DNA of 63,622 bases from Bigelowiella natans CCMP2755 (lineage: Eukaryota; Protista; Cercozoa): assembly GCA_000320545.1 (NCBI GenBank), contig ADNK01003131.1, positions 1-63,622 on the forward strand, written 5' to 3'. The notes under the pieces are model-generated. The model saw nothing but the letters and a program-made list of their open reading frames with translations. It did no database searches and was not told the origin of the DNA. Below, one piece after another: positions 27,513 to 43,441 of this stretch (within the stretch, counting starts at the first letter, position 1; each line of letters opens with the position of its first letter). The translations under genes and the position numbers were made by a program.

Positions 27513-30500
27513 CTAAATTGTATCCGCAACATGAATAGCAGGTACAAACTCACGTCTTTTGTTTGGGTTTCCAACTCCACTTTTTTTCCTTGAATGCAAT
27601 GTAATGAACGAATCCTCACCTTTTTGCTTTAATCCTTCTTCCGAAGTTGCACGACTTTGTTTACACGGTTGTTTAATAGACGCGGATTCCTTTTTTTGCT
27701 CTTTTCGTTGAGCCTCAACTTCAGATGCCCAATACGCCAGGTTCTCATTTAGTATTTTTAGAGCAACATCTGCTTCAGGTACCACTGTGAAATTAGAAAA
27801 TATTTTAGATTGCAGAACGATTCGTAGGTAATTTGAACCTTCTTTCCATAGCTTGTAGAGAGGACGTACTAGAACCTAGGACAATGAGATATTGAAGAGG
27901 ATTCGAAAATGGTGATTAAATTACTTACTTTGTTGAAAAATTGCTGGCCAAGAGGTACATTTGCAGTCTGTCGATCCCTACCTGTAATTGAAAATGATTT
28001 GTAAAAAGCACATTTTATGTGCTTACGAAAACCATTACCAGGGCCAACAGGAAGACCATGAATCCGTTCCAAATCCCCTTGTCTCCAGAACTCAGATATT
28101 ACTCGCCTAGGCCCATCACAAAATCTAATTTGTTGAAAAATGCTATACACATTTTTACCACTCACCTGCACCATTTTTTCATTATTTGTCTCGGTCTACA
28201 CGCGTTCGCAAGATCTCTTTTGGGTGTAATATATTCACAAATGAAATCTAAATTGCGAAGTAAGTGTAGAAATAGCATCTTACGCGCAGTGGAGCAACAT
28301 GTCGAGTAGAAATTCTGCCTCATTTAGATACGCTTTTTCATCCTAGTTGTAACATTAGAACCATAATTTTGCTTAGTGTCGGTTTTCTCATAGTAGGTTA
28401 ACGTTAACCTTTTGATCCAACCATTCAGATTGAGATTCCTTCCTCCTTGTCACTGACAAAAATCATGCCGCCTGCTCAGTGGCAATAATCATGCAGCCTT
28501 CAATGATTAATACCATTACGTCGAAGCTTAACCACCAAATCATTGTGTTTCGCCATATCTACAATTCAGAGGTTTATTTTCTTTGTGTAAAAAAATTGAG
28601 ACGTATATACCTGTGTTGAGCACCATACTTATGACGAAGCGTCGAAAAAGTTGATGATCACTTTTGTCTAAACTTCGAAGAAAATTGCACTTCGGTCCTG
28701 TTTGTAAAGTTTCTCAGACTGGTTATTCGTTCAAATCCTTCGTACTAAACACACCCGTTCTTAGTAATCGAAAAGCCTCTGCCACGTGCATATTTTCTAA
28801 GACACTTATGTCGTTGTATCGAATTGCAATCTGCTAGCACAGATTAGTCAAGCATTTTCTTCGTTCGCATGAAATATGTACCTCAGATTGCATGTTACAG
28901 GCGAATTCGTTATTTGTTCCTGGGTGTTTGAAGTCGTGAGCAGCTGCTGAAAAATAAGCTGCAAGACGAAGAAGAGGACGCTTCTCGCAAAGTTCTCTGA
29001 AGGTTCCACTGTTGAGCATAAAATGAGTTGCATGCAAAACGTCCGCAGCGTGTAGGTTATTGTGATATGGGACATCCAAATATCCGTCTTCAAGCGCCCG
29101 TATGTAATTGATAAATGCATCTCTGCTAATTTGACATCTGTTGAGAAGGTTGTGCTGGTCTACATAATGGAGCATTAATCGAGAAAGGGGATACCTGCCA
29201 TATTCACATCAGAGCTTCAAAAAAATTGAACTATCTGATAAACTCGAATACCCATTTGCAACTTCAGCAAATTGCCAAATGTCAAATTTATCCCAAGTGT
29301 CAGCTTTTTTCAGCCAATTATTGACCTGTAGTGTTTTATATGAGTTCCCGAACACTGTAAGGGAGAGAATATACCTCAGGACTAAACTTGGAAAAGTTAT
29401 GATACGATATATTTTCTGCTTTCTGAACTAGAAGTTTTTCAACCCGGCCAGAACTAATGTCAAGGATGGAGATCATAAGTGAATCAAATCAACCATAGAT
29501 AAGCTGTTACCTGTCTTTTCTTTTTAGAAATAACCCCGCCGGTGATGCAGACCGATGAGCTTTTGGAGTGAGTAGCACGCTGTGGAAAAAAGAATGTTAA
29601 CATTTCAAAAATATCGAGTAGCAAACATCCCCCACCCGGTTCTGCTTCTAGATATTTCCCCTCGAATCTGATTTTCCTGATTTCCTTCAAATTTGGAATC
29701 GCCGTTTATGTTATGTTGTATCCTTCTCCTATTCATAAGCATCATTCGAGCCTTTAAAGAGCCTCTTCTTCTTGTATTGTCCAACTTTTCTAGTACTTGT
29801 CCTTCAGAGATCGAGTTGTGACTGCGACCTGAGAGACTTCTATATTTCAACCAGGACCATGCATGGTCTCAACCGCTCACCTTTCGTGGTTGCAAGAACA
29901 AAATCCAGAGCAACTTTTTCTTCGTTTGTCAAGTGGGATCGTTGTTTATCTATGTGAGTACTGTCCCAATCCCCGCGAGTCGACGCATTCAGTTCATCCA
30001 TTAAATCCTAAAATTACTTTGAGTCAGCTCTCATTTCATTATTTTTATATTACCAAAATCGTAGTTGTACATTGAGGGCTGACTGTAGTCCACTGATTGC
30101 ATCTGCAATCTGCAAAGAGCAAAGAGTTTGCTCATTTTCTGAAGTTGTCGATCATATTATTTTATTACCAAAGTGCTTTGTTCCCCCTCCGCAAACTCTT
30201 TTGCAGATTTAAGGTTCTGCGTTAAATGTAACAGGAAGCTTCATTTCCATGAAGTTAATGCATTCTTTCGAAAGTAATTTTTGCCGATATTTGTGGGTGT
30301 CTGTGGACTGTAACCTGGATTGCGGAAACAACTTTGTGTCTCCCCTCATACAGGGAAAGATTTGGCTTTACTAAAACCAAATCTTCATACCCAGATCTGC
30401 CGCGAGGCCCAGGGGAGGAACCACCCCCACCTAGTATTACTCCCTGTCGTAACCTAATTTGATTTATAATTCAATTCCCTAAGAACTCGCAGATCTATCT

Positions 30501-32444
30501 GAGGTGCAGATCAACCGATTTCGAATTCCATTTTCGGGTATTGCAAGATTCGCAATCCCGGGTATTAATTTTCTGGCCAGCAGAAATAGATTAAGTTCAG
30601 ACAAAACTCCCACCAAAAATTCTGGTCTACTGTGATCTTCCTGATGACAGCCAGCTCTCGCGTACAGGCGAGCTACATTATAAAGAAAATGTGTAACTAC
30701 TTTGAATCTTAATTTTCAAAACTTATCTCCTGCCTTTCCCTGGGCTGAGAGGTGGTACTGTCTCGAATGGAGCTTTTGAACAGTAATATCGAAGGAAAAT
30801 GCATGTAAGTCTCTTGCTTTAAGTGAGCTCTTTATTACCTGTTACCTACCTTTGAAAGTCCTCGGTTGAAGCTGTAGAAGTACAGAGAGTACTTGTAGCA
30901 TTGGAATGGGAACTTTTACGAAAGATGGAGTGGAATGCAGTTAAGACCTCTCTCATACTGATACATAATAGTGAACAATCACAAACACTTTGCTTGAATG
31001 AAATTGGATGAATCAAGGGAAGGAACCTGAAAATAGAGGTGTGGGATTTTCCGCTATTGAGTGCAAGTTGAATATCAGAGTTTAGGCTATTCAGTACAGC
31101 TTCTGGAGGCATTAGCTGGAAAAATAGAAGAATGAAAAGATTCCATTGTAATTTGGTGATATAAGGCAACCTTCTTTGCAAATTCCTCGCCCTCATGTTC
31201 TGAAAGAGCTCCACTTGCGACGCCTAAGAGTTATTCTGTGTTCTACATGCTGTTTCCTCATTTAAATTGAATACCTTTCCGAAGCATCTTAGAGATTCTT
31301 GTATCGGCCTAGTTCAAATCAAAAGCTTGAATACTCGTATTGTATCCGATTAAGATAACTAATCTCTTATCGTTCTTCACTCCAAGGTTTAATTTTTAAT
31401 ACTCTCGACACCTCCATCAGATATCCTTGAAGTACATTTTTTATGTCTGCAGTTCCCAATATGCCCAATTGACCACCTACATCAAAATTGGCCAGTGTGT
31501 TTTTAGCCGAATCTTCTAACATTCAAAGCTACTGGAAATGATTTTAATACTTTTCCGGCAAACGACGTGAAACTTTTCTGTCTCTTCCTGGACGTAATCG
31601 TGCTTTCCTTCACTTTTTCTTTGCCCCTCCCCGCAGTCCACAATTTGTGCGAGTCGCACAAGAGTTTGCAAAAAACTAGACATTGGTGCTCCTCTCAAAT
31701 GGTGGTAAATTCGGATCGCGACAAATGTGCGTTTTCTATTAAATCTATTTAGCTCATATGCAAGATTGACGGCTCATGGGGGTGCACAACTAGGTAGGAC
31801 TACTGATTATATTTTTGTCTAGAATTTTCAAGGGGATGGTGGAAGCGATATTGGCAGGAAATGCCAATCAGCTTTTTTTTCCAACTACGTGCGGAGAATT
31901 TACAGAGTACAGAGAAACTGCAAGCAATTGCTTGGCCAGCTGTAAAAGTTGTTATTCCCGTTTGTTGCTTGCTTGATGCCCTTCTCTTGCATCGCATGAT
32001 TAAACTGCAAAGACATAACGGCCGGCACTACATATTGCAAAGCGGCTACGTGGATCGGTGAGATAGCAGCAGCACAAACCAAACCACGATTAGCAATTGG
32101 CAACGGAACAAACTCACTGAAAACATGTCGCTCATGAGGAATAAATGGCGATTGTAGAATACGACATCCATCCATCACTTCAAGATGGAAAAGGCTAATA
32201 AAGCTGCGACTTCCGTCATGATTTCACACGAAGAATTGGTCTCCTGAGGATCTCCGGAATGATGTATGATACCCGAGCACTTAATGCAAGCTGAAGGAAT
32301 GTGTTGTGAGTTGTGAGCATGATTTCAGAATAAAATGGATGGGATTTTAGCCCTGCGACAACTTTGTGCCTCTGCCCGACAACTCTAACTTACAACCTCT
32401 CTCCTGAGAGCATGCAGATTCTTCCCTCGTCCTCCATCATCCAT
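27513..32444 (-). CDS. Class I 3',5'-cyclic nucleotide phosphodiesterase with a long uncharacterised N-terminal region
   Basis: Catalytic motifs PYHNNLHAADV, AAAHDFKHPGTNN, YNDISVLENMH, LNTDMAKH, LLHCA|DLAN, EFWRQGDLER and PLGQQFF (invariant Gln). Exons can be chained upstream to about 30470. Exons from 30500-32444 are tentative and could belong to a separate minus-strand gene. Confidence 0.82.
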
Positions 32445-32499
32445 CGTTTAGGGACTTTCCTCCTATAGAAAGCTAGCTTGGGGAGCGGAATCCATTAAT

Positions 32500-33318
32500 A
32501 TGGCGGAACCGCGGTTTCCTATCATTAGCTCTCATATTCGAGCTAAAGGTCCAGCCTACCGCCGTTTATTCGATTATTTTTTGGTTGTGGCTCACCAGCG
32601 ATCGAAGCTTTCACGAGTTTGGAAGGTAATCGAAGGCGAATGACGTTACACAGAACGGAAGGATACTAAAATTCCTATTCCTATCAGAAAATTCAAGCTA
32701 TAGAGAAAGTAGCAAATGGGGTCGCCGCTCAAAATGAGGTTAGGGGTTCCTTTTAAAACTGCTTCTTCACTTAAAAAAAGGATTAACTCACACTGAATTA
32801 TGTAGAGAATACAAAATACATACACCAGGAAAACGAAGACAACGGAATAAAACGTGGCGAAGACAGAGAAGGAAATGATGATGATGATGAAGATGGGGAT
32901 AAATGCTACATTGATAGCAAGGCAAAATACCGTGATTTAGCACATAAATTGGAAGTTCTATCCACAGCAGTGAAACCCAAGGTTGTTGATATTAGCAAGG
33001 GCATCTGAACAATCTCTGACTTTCTCAATTGATAGATTATATCTCGATGCCCTATTTGGGAGCATCATGATTATCCGCTTGCGAAGGGGGTCGCTTCGTT
33101 TGCATTTCCCTACGGAACTAGAATAAAAGGTAGTGGTCTTGGATGGTAGTTAGTTGTACCACTAGTAAGTAGTAGATCTAATTGTACGATCAAAACAAAA
33201 CAAAAAATCGGCGGTGTTTTATTGTGATGGTTTTATTGTAGACTTGCGCAGTGGGGAAACAAGCCCAAGATGCTTCAGCTTTGTCCTTACAAGTCCAGAG
33301 GGGTCAAAGCAGTATGGG

Positions 33319-33351
<33 letters not shown>

Positions 33352-35480
33352 ACTAGTAGTAGTTGTTGTAGAAATTGATGCTGTTTCTATTTAGTGGGGT
33401 AATAGGTAGAAGCTGTAGTACATAGTAATCGCAACGGTGATAGTATAGATTGAACGTAAGCAAATCCACGCTGAGTAATATTGTTCATCTTCTAGAGCCA
33501 CGTTGATATTTGACGAGCACATCAGCATTGAACAAGATGAGGACACCGTGGTAGTACTACGTTCATGTAGTATGCAAATGTCCACAATATATAAGAGTAC
33601 TGTCATCGTAACTTCCACTTGAAATGGCTATCTTCCTTTCAATTAGGCTACAACTACTGCAGAGGAAAAGTCATCAACCCCACCTCCTTTCCAAGCGGTG
33701 GCCTCAAAGGCACTCGTTATACTCTCTCATCATCCATACTTTAATGTAATAAGACCCTCGGTCACTGATGATGCTAGTAGAACATACCTAAATCACTCTG
33801 ATGAAATGATAACATGTGTTATGCCCCGCCCCCCCTCGATTGTTGTATCATCCTGCTTGGCGTTATCAGCAAATGGAGGAATTGCTGAAAATGGTATTCC
33901 GGATATCCATATGCAAAAAGCACCCCTACGATATCGAGCGCATAATATGGTTGATTGTAAGGTGAGTGGTTGTTCACAGATTATTAAATGTTGTCCAGTT
34001 ATTCAAAGCATGATGATGGTCTTAAAAAATATCCGATTTTCTACAAACAAATGATCGTTTCTATGGTACACTTAATAGTGTAGAGCTCATTCATGAGGAG
34101 GGGGTAGAAGACGGAACGACGAGTCGTTGCTTAGAATTGATATTTTTGTATCTTTTTGCTATCTCTCTCTCTCTCTCTCTCTCTCATTCCTTTCAGGGAC
34201 ATGCCTCTACCCGTGGAACCTAACAACGTAATATGAGTAGTAGTAGTAGTAGTAGTAGGAGTAGGAGTATGAAGGGAAGGAGAAGGAGGAGGAGGAGTAA
34301 TATCTACTATGCATCTGCACGGTATTCTGATAAGATGCAAAGTACAAAGACTACTTGTTAAGGAACACTTTATTGTCTGTTTTTCGATCCTCCCTACTAC
34401 CAGCGACTTGATTTCGAGATGTATGAAAAGAGAATATCATTCCAAGGTACTACTAATAGCTTGGTTGTAGAGGTCATAGACGACGTTGTTGCTGATGACA
34501 TTGATGACGACGATGATGATGATGATGATGTTGATGATTATGGTGATGATGATGATCTAAAGAGAATATCGAATTATTTGTTTCTCCAACAATAAATGGA
34601 GTAGCAACGATGATTTACATTTCATCGCCGTTTTAAAGCAAGTATGCAAGCTATATCATCCCCCCCCTTTTGAAAACATTCATTGCTGTTGTAACTAAAC
34701 GAGTAATTTTGTATTTACATTGATATAGGGCCCGGATACGTAGAAAGATTGCCCCTGTTACATTGCAAGTTTGGAATGCTATTTGAGCTGGTGTCTCATG
34801 ATCACATCGTAGCTGCCGTCATGCTGTTGCTTCAAGAATATAAATTGGTATTGATAGAGGAGTAGTAAGTAGCAGCAGTAGCAGTAGTAGAGTTAAATCT
34901 ATCTATCTACCTCCTAGAACATCACACCAGAATACCAGAAATCAGCAGTACTACTACTTCATGTATGAATATCGTTGTCACTGTAAGAAGGAAAAAAAAG
35001 AAGCACCACTCATTAACTGCCAAATTGCAAATTTGAAAGAACCAAGTATCTTATTCACTGTTTCACCGAATGATGATAATAAATGGTCAATAAGTGAATA
35101 AATGCTACTATTTATTCAGGTACTTGTGAGCGATTATAGTTCTGTTCTGGTTCATTGTGCGGAGTCTCTCCGAGCGCTACTCTATCCCTTGGAATGGCAA
35201 TCTGTGTACATCCCGCTGTTACCTTCTGCAGCAAAAAACGTGTTGTTAGCACCAGTTCCATTCTTTGTTGGACTCAAGCCAGAGTTGTTGGCAGATCTGG
35301 TGGATGAAGAGCCTTTGAATTCAAACATTGCAATTCTCAACATAGACAAAGGCGTATTAGAACTTCCAAGCCCAGCTCCAAAATCTCTGCCTTCAAAGTA
35401 GTAGTAGTTCTAACTAGTAGTGCTGGTAGGAGTAGTAGGTAGTAGGTCAGCAGATAGCAGTGTATAGTGTGAGTGCGATG

Positions 35481-35513
<33 letters not shown>

Positions 35514-35765
35514 ATAGAGAGAAAATAAGATCAACAACGGCTGTATATCTTCTGTATATCTATATTGTGTGTGTACTCCGATCTTTCCAGGATAAAAAAC
35601 CGGCTAATGAACGCATTACTGATCCATGATCCGAGTTCCAGTATCCACAGAGCCAACAAGCTATCTGCAGAAAATATGAAGAAAGTCATCTTGCTTATTC
35701 GTTATCATCATGATTATTATGTTGTCATCGCTGCCGTCGTCGTACTCGTTGTTTCATTGATCCAT

Positions 35766-35802
<37 letters not shown>

Positions 35803-36466
35803 CATTAGCGTGATTTGGCATTCCCAATGGGAACTGAAGCTATTCGCTTGGATCAAAAAGTAGAAAATATGGCTTTTACCATCTATGGAGAAGAAGAAAG
35901 AGGGGGGGAGACAGAGAGGGCTCGAGGAATCCGGCTACCGCTGCTGCTGCTGATGATGATGATGATGACGATGATGATGAACTTGCATTCTCCTCCTCCT
36001 CCTAATGATCGTGGTTATCATGATCATGATCATGATAATCCTCATCATTATCGTACACAGTCCATTCCTCCTGTACTACATCTCTACTTGCTATTGTTAA
36101 TGCTGCTTCTCTATCGTTTTGTTCGTTGTTTAAGTACTACTACTACTACTACTACTACTACAACTACTACTTGTACTACTTTGCTATTAATTCTTAGGAT
36201 GAGGAGATAAAGCAGGAACACCATGTCGAGACGGTCGCCATACTACTAACTAGATGATAATATACCAAAACACATGGCATGCATACGATATATGATATTA
36301 TATGATATTTCACGATATATCATGTAGCAACAGAAGAGAGGATTAGTGGAGGTTTATGATGTGATGTGATGCATTGTACGACGACGCTGATGATGATGAT
36401 GATGATGATGTCATTATGTGCAAAGCTGTCATTCTTCTGTTGCTTAGTATTGTGAGACTCATTTAA

Positions 36467-36509
<43 letters not shown>

Positions 36510-36787
36510 AACATTGGGAATAACGTTTGAATTTACTTAGACTCGGCTTCTAAAGATACGGAGTACTTTCTTCGAAGTACTATTATCGGGTATTCTCACG
36601 GGATACAAGCGCTATATTATCACTCCTAAAGATGCAGCACCAGCAGTAGCAGCACCAGCAGATCAGGCGCTATTTAAAGACACTGGTAATATGTGTGATA
36701 ATGTCTGCATAAAGAAGAAGAACAAGGAGGAGGAGGAGAAGCACAAATCCCCTGCTGCTGCTACTACTACTACAACTACTACTCTAT

Positions 36788-36818
<31 letters not shown>

Positions 36819-38212
36819 CATTGCTTCTGAAATACCCCCTCGCTATTCGATATTGCGTCGTGTGATATTGTTTAAATTGGTTGAACAATGTTTGACTCAC
36901 CAAAACATTCACACACATACACATTGACTTATATGATATACGTCCTATGTAGATTTTGTAAGAAGTCGTCCAAGTTTCTTGAGGGAGTTGACCACCATTA
37001 TTGTCCAGACTATGGTGTGTAGTAGTAGTAGTATTAGTAGTAGTAGTAGTACTAATAGTAGTAGTGGTGGTAGTGTATGGATTTCTTTCAACCAGTAAGA
37101 GGGGGGGGGGAGGGGGTTTAGGGTGTGTCGTAATTACTTAAAAATTCACCGATCAAGTACGTGAGAATATTATCACAGAATGGTATAGGACTGATGATCC
37201 ATTATCATATTTCTCGTTCTTCTTTCTTCTTCTTCTTCTTCTTCTTGTTGTTGTTCTCAATTAGGCCTTTGGGGAGTTTGTACAACTTGCATTTGCAGAA
37301 CCAAATCATGACCGGGTGATGATGATGATGATGATGATGACGATGATGACGATGATGGTGGTTGTTAGTGTATTACCATATGTATATGAGCTAGGAGAAT
37401 AGGAAATGAAATATGATGGTTGAATTATTTAAAGTAGTAGTAGTAGTATTTGATGATGGTGATATTTAGTATATTGCCCGTGCATCATCATCATCATCAT
37501 CATCATCATTCTGTCGTACTACTTGTTGTTGTTGATGATGTTATCAGGTTGCTTGTCTAGCACTGGAGAATAAAAGAACCAACAGCAGGATGATGCTAAA
37601 CTCATGGGGAAAGTTGTTCAACAGTGGTGCTTCTGCTGATAATAATAGGGTAATAATAAGAGTGCTAAAAGTAGTAATAGTTAGTGACAGCAGACGTAGT
37701 AGTTATAATGCCTTTAGAATTAACAATCTTATCCTTCTCCTCCTCATAAATAGTTCCAAAATCTACTGGATCAAAAAGAAGCACCTTTGTACGAGGATGA
37801 CTGGGTTATGAAACGATGATGATGATGATGATGATGATGATGGTGATTATGGCATTTCTCTTGGATGTAATAGTATTCTTGTCGTTGAATTCTAGTTTTA
37901 TGAGCTAAAGAAAGACCATGTTGTTCCCTTGTTCCTCCACCTCCCCCATTGTCATCATCATCATCATAATCATCATCATCATCATCATCATGAACACCCC
38001 ATCCGCCTCCTCCTCCTAGTTCAAAATCAAAGTTCCGAGGATTGGATATTTCAAAGAGGAAGAGGAGGAGGAGGAGAACATCACCACCACCACCATTGCG
38101 TCAGTACTCATTCTCTTTATTGTTCGTGCACTAGTAGTAGTTGTTATTGTTGTTGTTGTTGTTGTTGTCCTAGTAGCACAGAGTACTGGCTGCACTACTA
38201 CCATAAATATGT

Positions 38213-38250
<38 letters not shown>

Positions 38251-38770
38251 GTGTCTGTGGTATTATCAAGCACATGATTATAATACGTATTATATGTGCA
38301 TATTGGGAGGAGGAGGAGGAGGAGGAGGAGGAGGAATTCCGTGGTTCTTTTCTATTCATGCTGCTGCTGCTACTACTACTACTACTACTACTTATGTAGT
38401 AGTAGTGGTAGTCCCTCTTTCCAATTCTGTATTTTTCTTCTTCATTATCATTATATCCTTCTCATGTAGCAGCAGCAGCATCAGCATCATCAGTGTATTT
38501 AATTAACGAAGAGAATTAATTTATAAGTAGGGTATCTGGTGAAGAAACAGGGTCCATCTTGACGACCCCCTCTGGTGACAGCTCTGCTGCTGCTGCTGGA
38601 GCAAGAATAATGGCGGTAGATTACAGTTTGAGGCAGCCCTCAGAAATCTCCTTTCCATCTCTTCAACGGGAGAAATTCTTTGGAGAATGGAAAACAGTAA
38701 GAACTAATACTGAAATACATACCCATTATTCAAGTTGACGATGATGATGATCAGATCGTCCAAAATCAAC

Positions 38771-38805
<35 letters not shown>

Positions 38806-38831
38806 CCTCCCTCCTCGCTACTAATGCTCCA

Positions 38832-38865
<34 letters not shown>

Positions 38866-40138
38866 TGATCAGTTTTCATTTGAAAAGAGCAAGCCGATGG
38901 GATTTGCCTTCTTCGGTAACCAAGTTCAGAAGGTCATTCCAGGGTCTCCAGCTGATATAGCTGGTATTCGTGTTGGCTGGATGCTCGTTAGTATTGACAA
39001 CCGGCAAGCACCTCTTGAGCAGATTGACCTTGTCAATCTAATACACCACCGCAAACAAAAGCATAAGGGCACCCCCCTCAAAGTAGCTTTTAGGACAGAT
39101 TCTGTGGTAGGAAAGGCATTAACACGTGAATATGGAGAGGCGAGTGTGTTATCCACTTGCGACGAGGAGGGTATTATATGCGTGCGTTTGAAGTCTGTCG
39201 CCAACTGTTTAGCGTATATACACCACACAAACATCACCGAGATTGATTATGGGGCATCCAAAATGGAGGATGAGTTTGCTCTTGGGTACGATGATATTGA
39301 CGACGAGATCATCAACAGTGAAGATGATGATGATCATGAGAATGCTGGCTCTTTCTCAAATTCTCCGTATCGTTCCAACTATCTACTGAACCACTCTACA
39401 TCTCGTCACCGAGTAGTAGCATCTTCTAGAAGTCGTCTCCAGCCGCCTCGATTTGTCCATAGCAGCAAAGATAGAAAACAAAACAAGATGATGAATCCTT
39501 TACAAAGAAGGTTGTTGCTGCTGCTGCTGCTGCTGCTGTGATCGTCGTTATCATCCTTTTCTTCATCATCTGCAAAAAATACGATACGATACTGTACAGT
39601 CATATTAGTGAGATCTAAGTTGTATTCTGTTCTATTCTATACTTTACACAAACACAAACACACCAAATAATCTACGAAGCAAAGCCATTTTTATGTGATT
39701 TGTAAGTGGAGTGATGACGTATATATAATTTGTTGTTCGTTTGGTCTATTGGCTGTACTTTGTATCATTATCATCGTCAAATGTTTAATATACATCTTGG
39801 ACACAACGATAATTTGTCAATATTACTACTACTCCATACAACTGCAATCAATTATCTCATAGTATATCATCAGCATCAATGACAAAAAAAAACGATGATA
39901 AGTACGGTAGTGAGGAGGAAGTTGATGATGATCATTATCATTATCGTGGTGGTGGTGGTAGCGAGATTAAGAGGTTTTTTTCTTCTCCTACCCCACCTCC
40001 TCCTCCTCCTCCTCACCCAAACCGTCCTCCTCCAAAACCGAAAACGCATCATCGAAGGCATCGTGCACTCGATGTTCGCGACCATTTTGCAATGAACATG
40101 TCTTTTGATGGGGAAGAGGGGTAGGAGGAGTGTTACTC

Positions 40139-40172
<34 letters not shown>

Positions 40173-41111
40173 GACCTACTAATAATACTAATAATACTAC
40201 TACAAATAGTGCTGGTGGTGGCGGTGGTGTTTGTACTGATCATGGTGATGATGATCATGGTGATGATGATGATGATGGTAGTGTTGGTGATGGTGTGGTT
40301 ATTGTTCAGATAGTGATGAATTTTAATGCAATGTTGCCTTAACATACTTACTTTCTGCTCATCGTAATAATCTCTCACCACCACCAGATTCAGTCAATTA
40401 CATCCTGGGGCAAAGCTCTCAAGCGTGATAATTACGAATGAAAGTGTGCGACGCAGGGATAGTAACCGTGGTACTCCACGACAGCAGCACCAGCAGCAAA
40501 GAGGAGGAGAGGGAGGAGGAGGAAGAAGACTAAGAGCAACAAGCAGCGTGATCACTATCGAGGAGAGGGAGGAGGGGGAAGGACGATTACCCAGTAGAGC
40601 TAATAACTTCTCTTCTTCTACTACTACTACTACCACTAGCACTACACCTTCGAATCCTCTCAGAACCACTCCACCAAAAGAAGAAGGAGGAGGAGAAGGT
40701 GTACTCAGTACTACTCCACCAAAAGAAGGGGGGGGGCTAAGCAGCAGCAATGATGATATGAATATGAGGATGATTCCAAGATTTTCCAACTTGTCCAAAA
40801 GTATTAGTGGGGACAAGCTGACTAGGTAGTAGTAGTAGTAGTAGTCGTAGTATTAGTAGTACCTGTTATTGTGTTTGTGATGATGATGCTGCTGCTTTTC
40901 CTCCTCCTCCTCCTCTTCCATCGCTTTTACTTAGTAGTTCATCACGCATAAATAGTAGCACACCTAACCACCGTTTGTTGGTTACATATTCATTTCATTT
41001 CTCATCATTGATTACTTCCTACCTAGCAGAGAAGTAAAAATTGCCTTTGGCCCTGGTAAGGTTGGCATATCCTTGAACGGGAAAAAAGTACTACTCACTT
41101 ACGTAACGTAC

Positions 41112-41150
<39 letters not shown>

Positions 41151-41576
41151 AATCTTCAGTTTTGGTTCTTTTCACTGCTATTATTTTCTATCACTGCTCA
41201 CACTACGGAATGCTCATTATTTTTCATCACAAGAACAGTAACAACATTTCTTCTTCTTCTTCTTCTTCTTCTTCTTCATAACAACAACACCATAGGTGGT
41301 AAAGGTGGATCAAGGCTCTCAAGCCATGTTCAAAGGTTAGCTCATTAGTCATCATCATCATCGTCATCATCATAAACTGTTAATATCTTCTTCTTACAAA
41401 TAATCAATCAAACAAACAAACAGGTGTGGAGACCGATATGATAGTAGTGCAAATAAACGGACATCGTGCCAGCAATCACAGTGAGGCGAATATGAAGATG
41501 ATACGAGATGTACAAAACGATAAGAACTCGGAATTGGTTATGGTCTTCTCCAAGTAATAAATAAATAAATGAACCT

Positions 41577-41614
<38 letters not shown>

Positions 41615-42076
41615 CAACAGCAGCAATCGTGTGCTTTCACTTCGAATCTGTGATGACCAATTGATTGGTTGCTGCAAGATAGATAGTATTTTCACTGTGT
41701 TCTGTACCCATAATATATAAATTGTCCACTGTTCATTAGAATTGGTTGTTGTATTGCTTGTCATCTTTCATTTCTCTTACCATCGTATTACCTTCTTTAT
41801 GATTTATTATCGTCTCCTTGCTCGTTTGTTATGAGTATGATGTGTGCACTTACAGTCCATGTCTCCATCATATTATTCACAATTCATAATAATAATAATG
41901 ATAATAATAATCAAAGGCACAGAAGTAGGAGAAATAAATCGTCCAAGAGGAGACTGCTAAAGAAAGGGTAGTAGTAATAATAATAATAATAATAATAATA
42001 ATACGCAATACGACAGAACACATATATTACCTACTTACTAATACTCACGAATGCTACTGATAATACTACCACTACT

Positions 42077-42118
<42 letters not shown>

Positions 42119-42485
42119 ATAGGAAATCGGTCGATGCCTATAATACGATGATGACAAGGGGAATTAGTGCAAGGTTGATCTGATATTATAAGCTGCCTCG
42201 GTTTGAATGGAAGGGGGTGGGCATGATGATCTCTTTTACTGTGCTGTGTAAATATTGTAATGTAGGATATTATATCAAATGTTCATTCATCATCATCATC
42301 ATCATAATCACCATTATCGTTAGCATCACCGTTATCATCACTATTACCCCCCACATTGCTCAGGAGGCAATCTTCCGATGCAATTCAATATCACAAACAC
42401 AACCCCTTCCTCCCGTACATCAAAGAAGCAGCTTACCACACTCTCAGCAGCGACAACTTACTACTATTTGAGGTAGGAAGTGCTT

Positions 42486-42516
<31 letters not shown>

Positions 42517-42996
42517 CAGTGGTAGTAGTAGTAGTCCCCATCTGGATCCTTCTCATCCACATGTAGTGACGATATAGCATCATGCCCCCTGCATACATGT
42601 ATACAACAACAACAACAAGTAGTAGTAGTAGTAGTAGTAGTAGTATGTGTCACTCAGATAAGATACACACACACACACACACACACAGCACACACACACA
42701 TATGTATATATATTGATTTATACAGCAGCTACTACTACTACTACTACTACTACTTATATAAATATGAAATCATAATTGTGAAATAGGGCAAACAGCAACA
42801 TTCGTCGTCACTAGCAGCTCTTATCAGTCCCCTGACTGGCCTTGGTAATAATACTACTACTACTACTACTACTGCTGCTACACGGAGTAGAGGTGCTACA
42901 GTTGGGGGATATAAGTTTATGAACGCCGAGCAGCACCAGAAACAGAATAATCACCATATTACGACGATGATGATGACACCATCAAGTGATCATATC

Positions 42997-43028
<32 letters not shown>

Positions 43029-43402
43029 GGTCACATCCAATGGTGGTGGTGGTGGTGGAGAAGCTTCTCCTCCTCCTGAACATGAATTAGAGGACTATCA
43101 TCATGATCTTCATTATTACCATCCTCCCCAAGTTGCTGAAGGAGGCGGAGGAGATGTCGAGTCAACGAATGATTTTCCATCAAACAATAGTAGGTTATAT
43201 CATCATCATACAAGCAATAGCAATAGCAATAGCAATAGCAATAGCAATCAGCAGTCGGGTAGGCGTGTCGCTGTTGATTCCAAGTATGGGGTATCACACG
43301 ATGAGACCTACATAGTTCTTTTTCCAGAAGGCATCAAGATGACAAAAGTAAAGTTATTAGTACTAGTAGCAGTCCTAGTAGCGCTAGACCCAATAACACA
43401 AT

Positions 43403-43441
<39 letters not shown>

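Noticed and set aside
35920-36200. Apparent non-canonical (GC/GG) donor in the DENN gene
   Set aside because: A nearby G homopolymer makes a frameshift error plausible, and a downstream in-phase GT donor exists; this cannot be resolved without cDNA.
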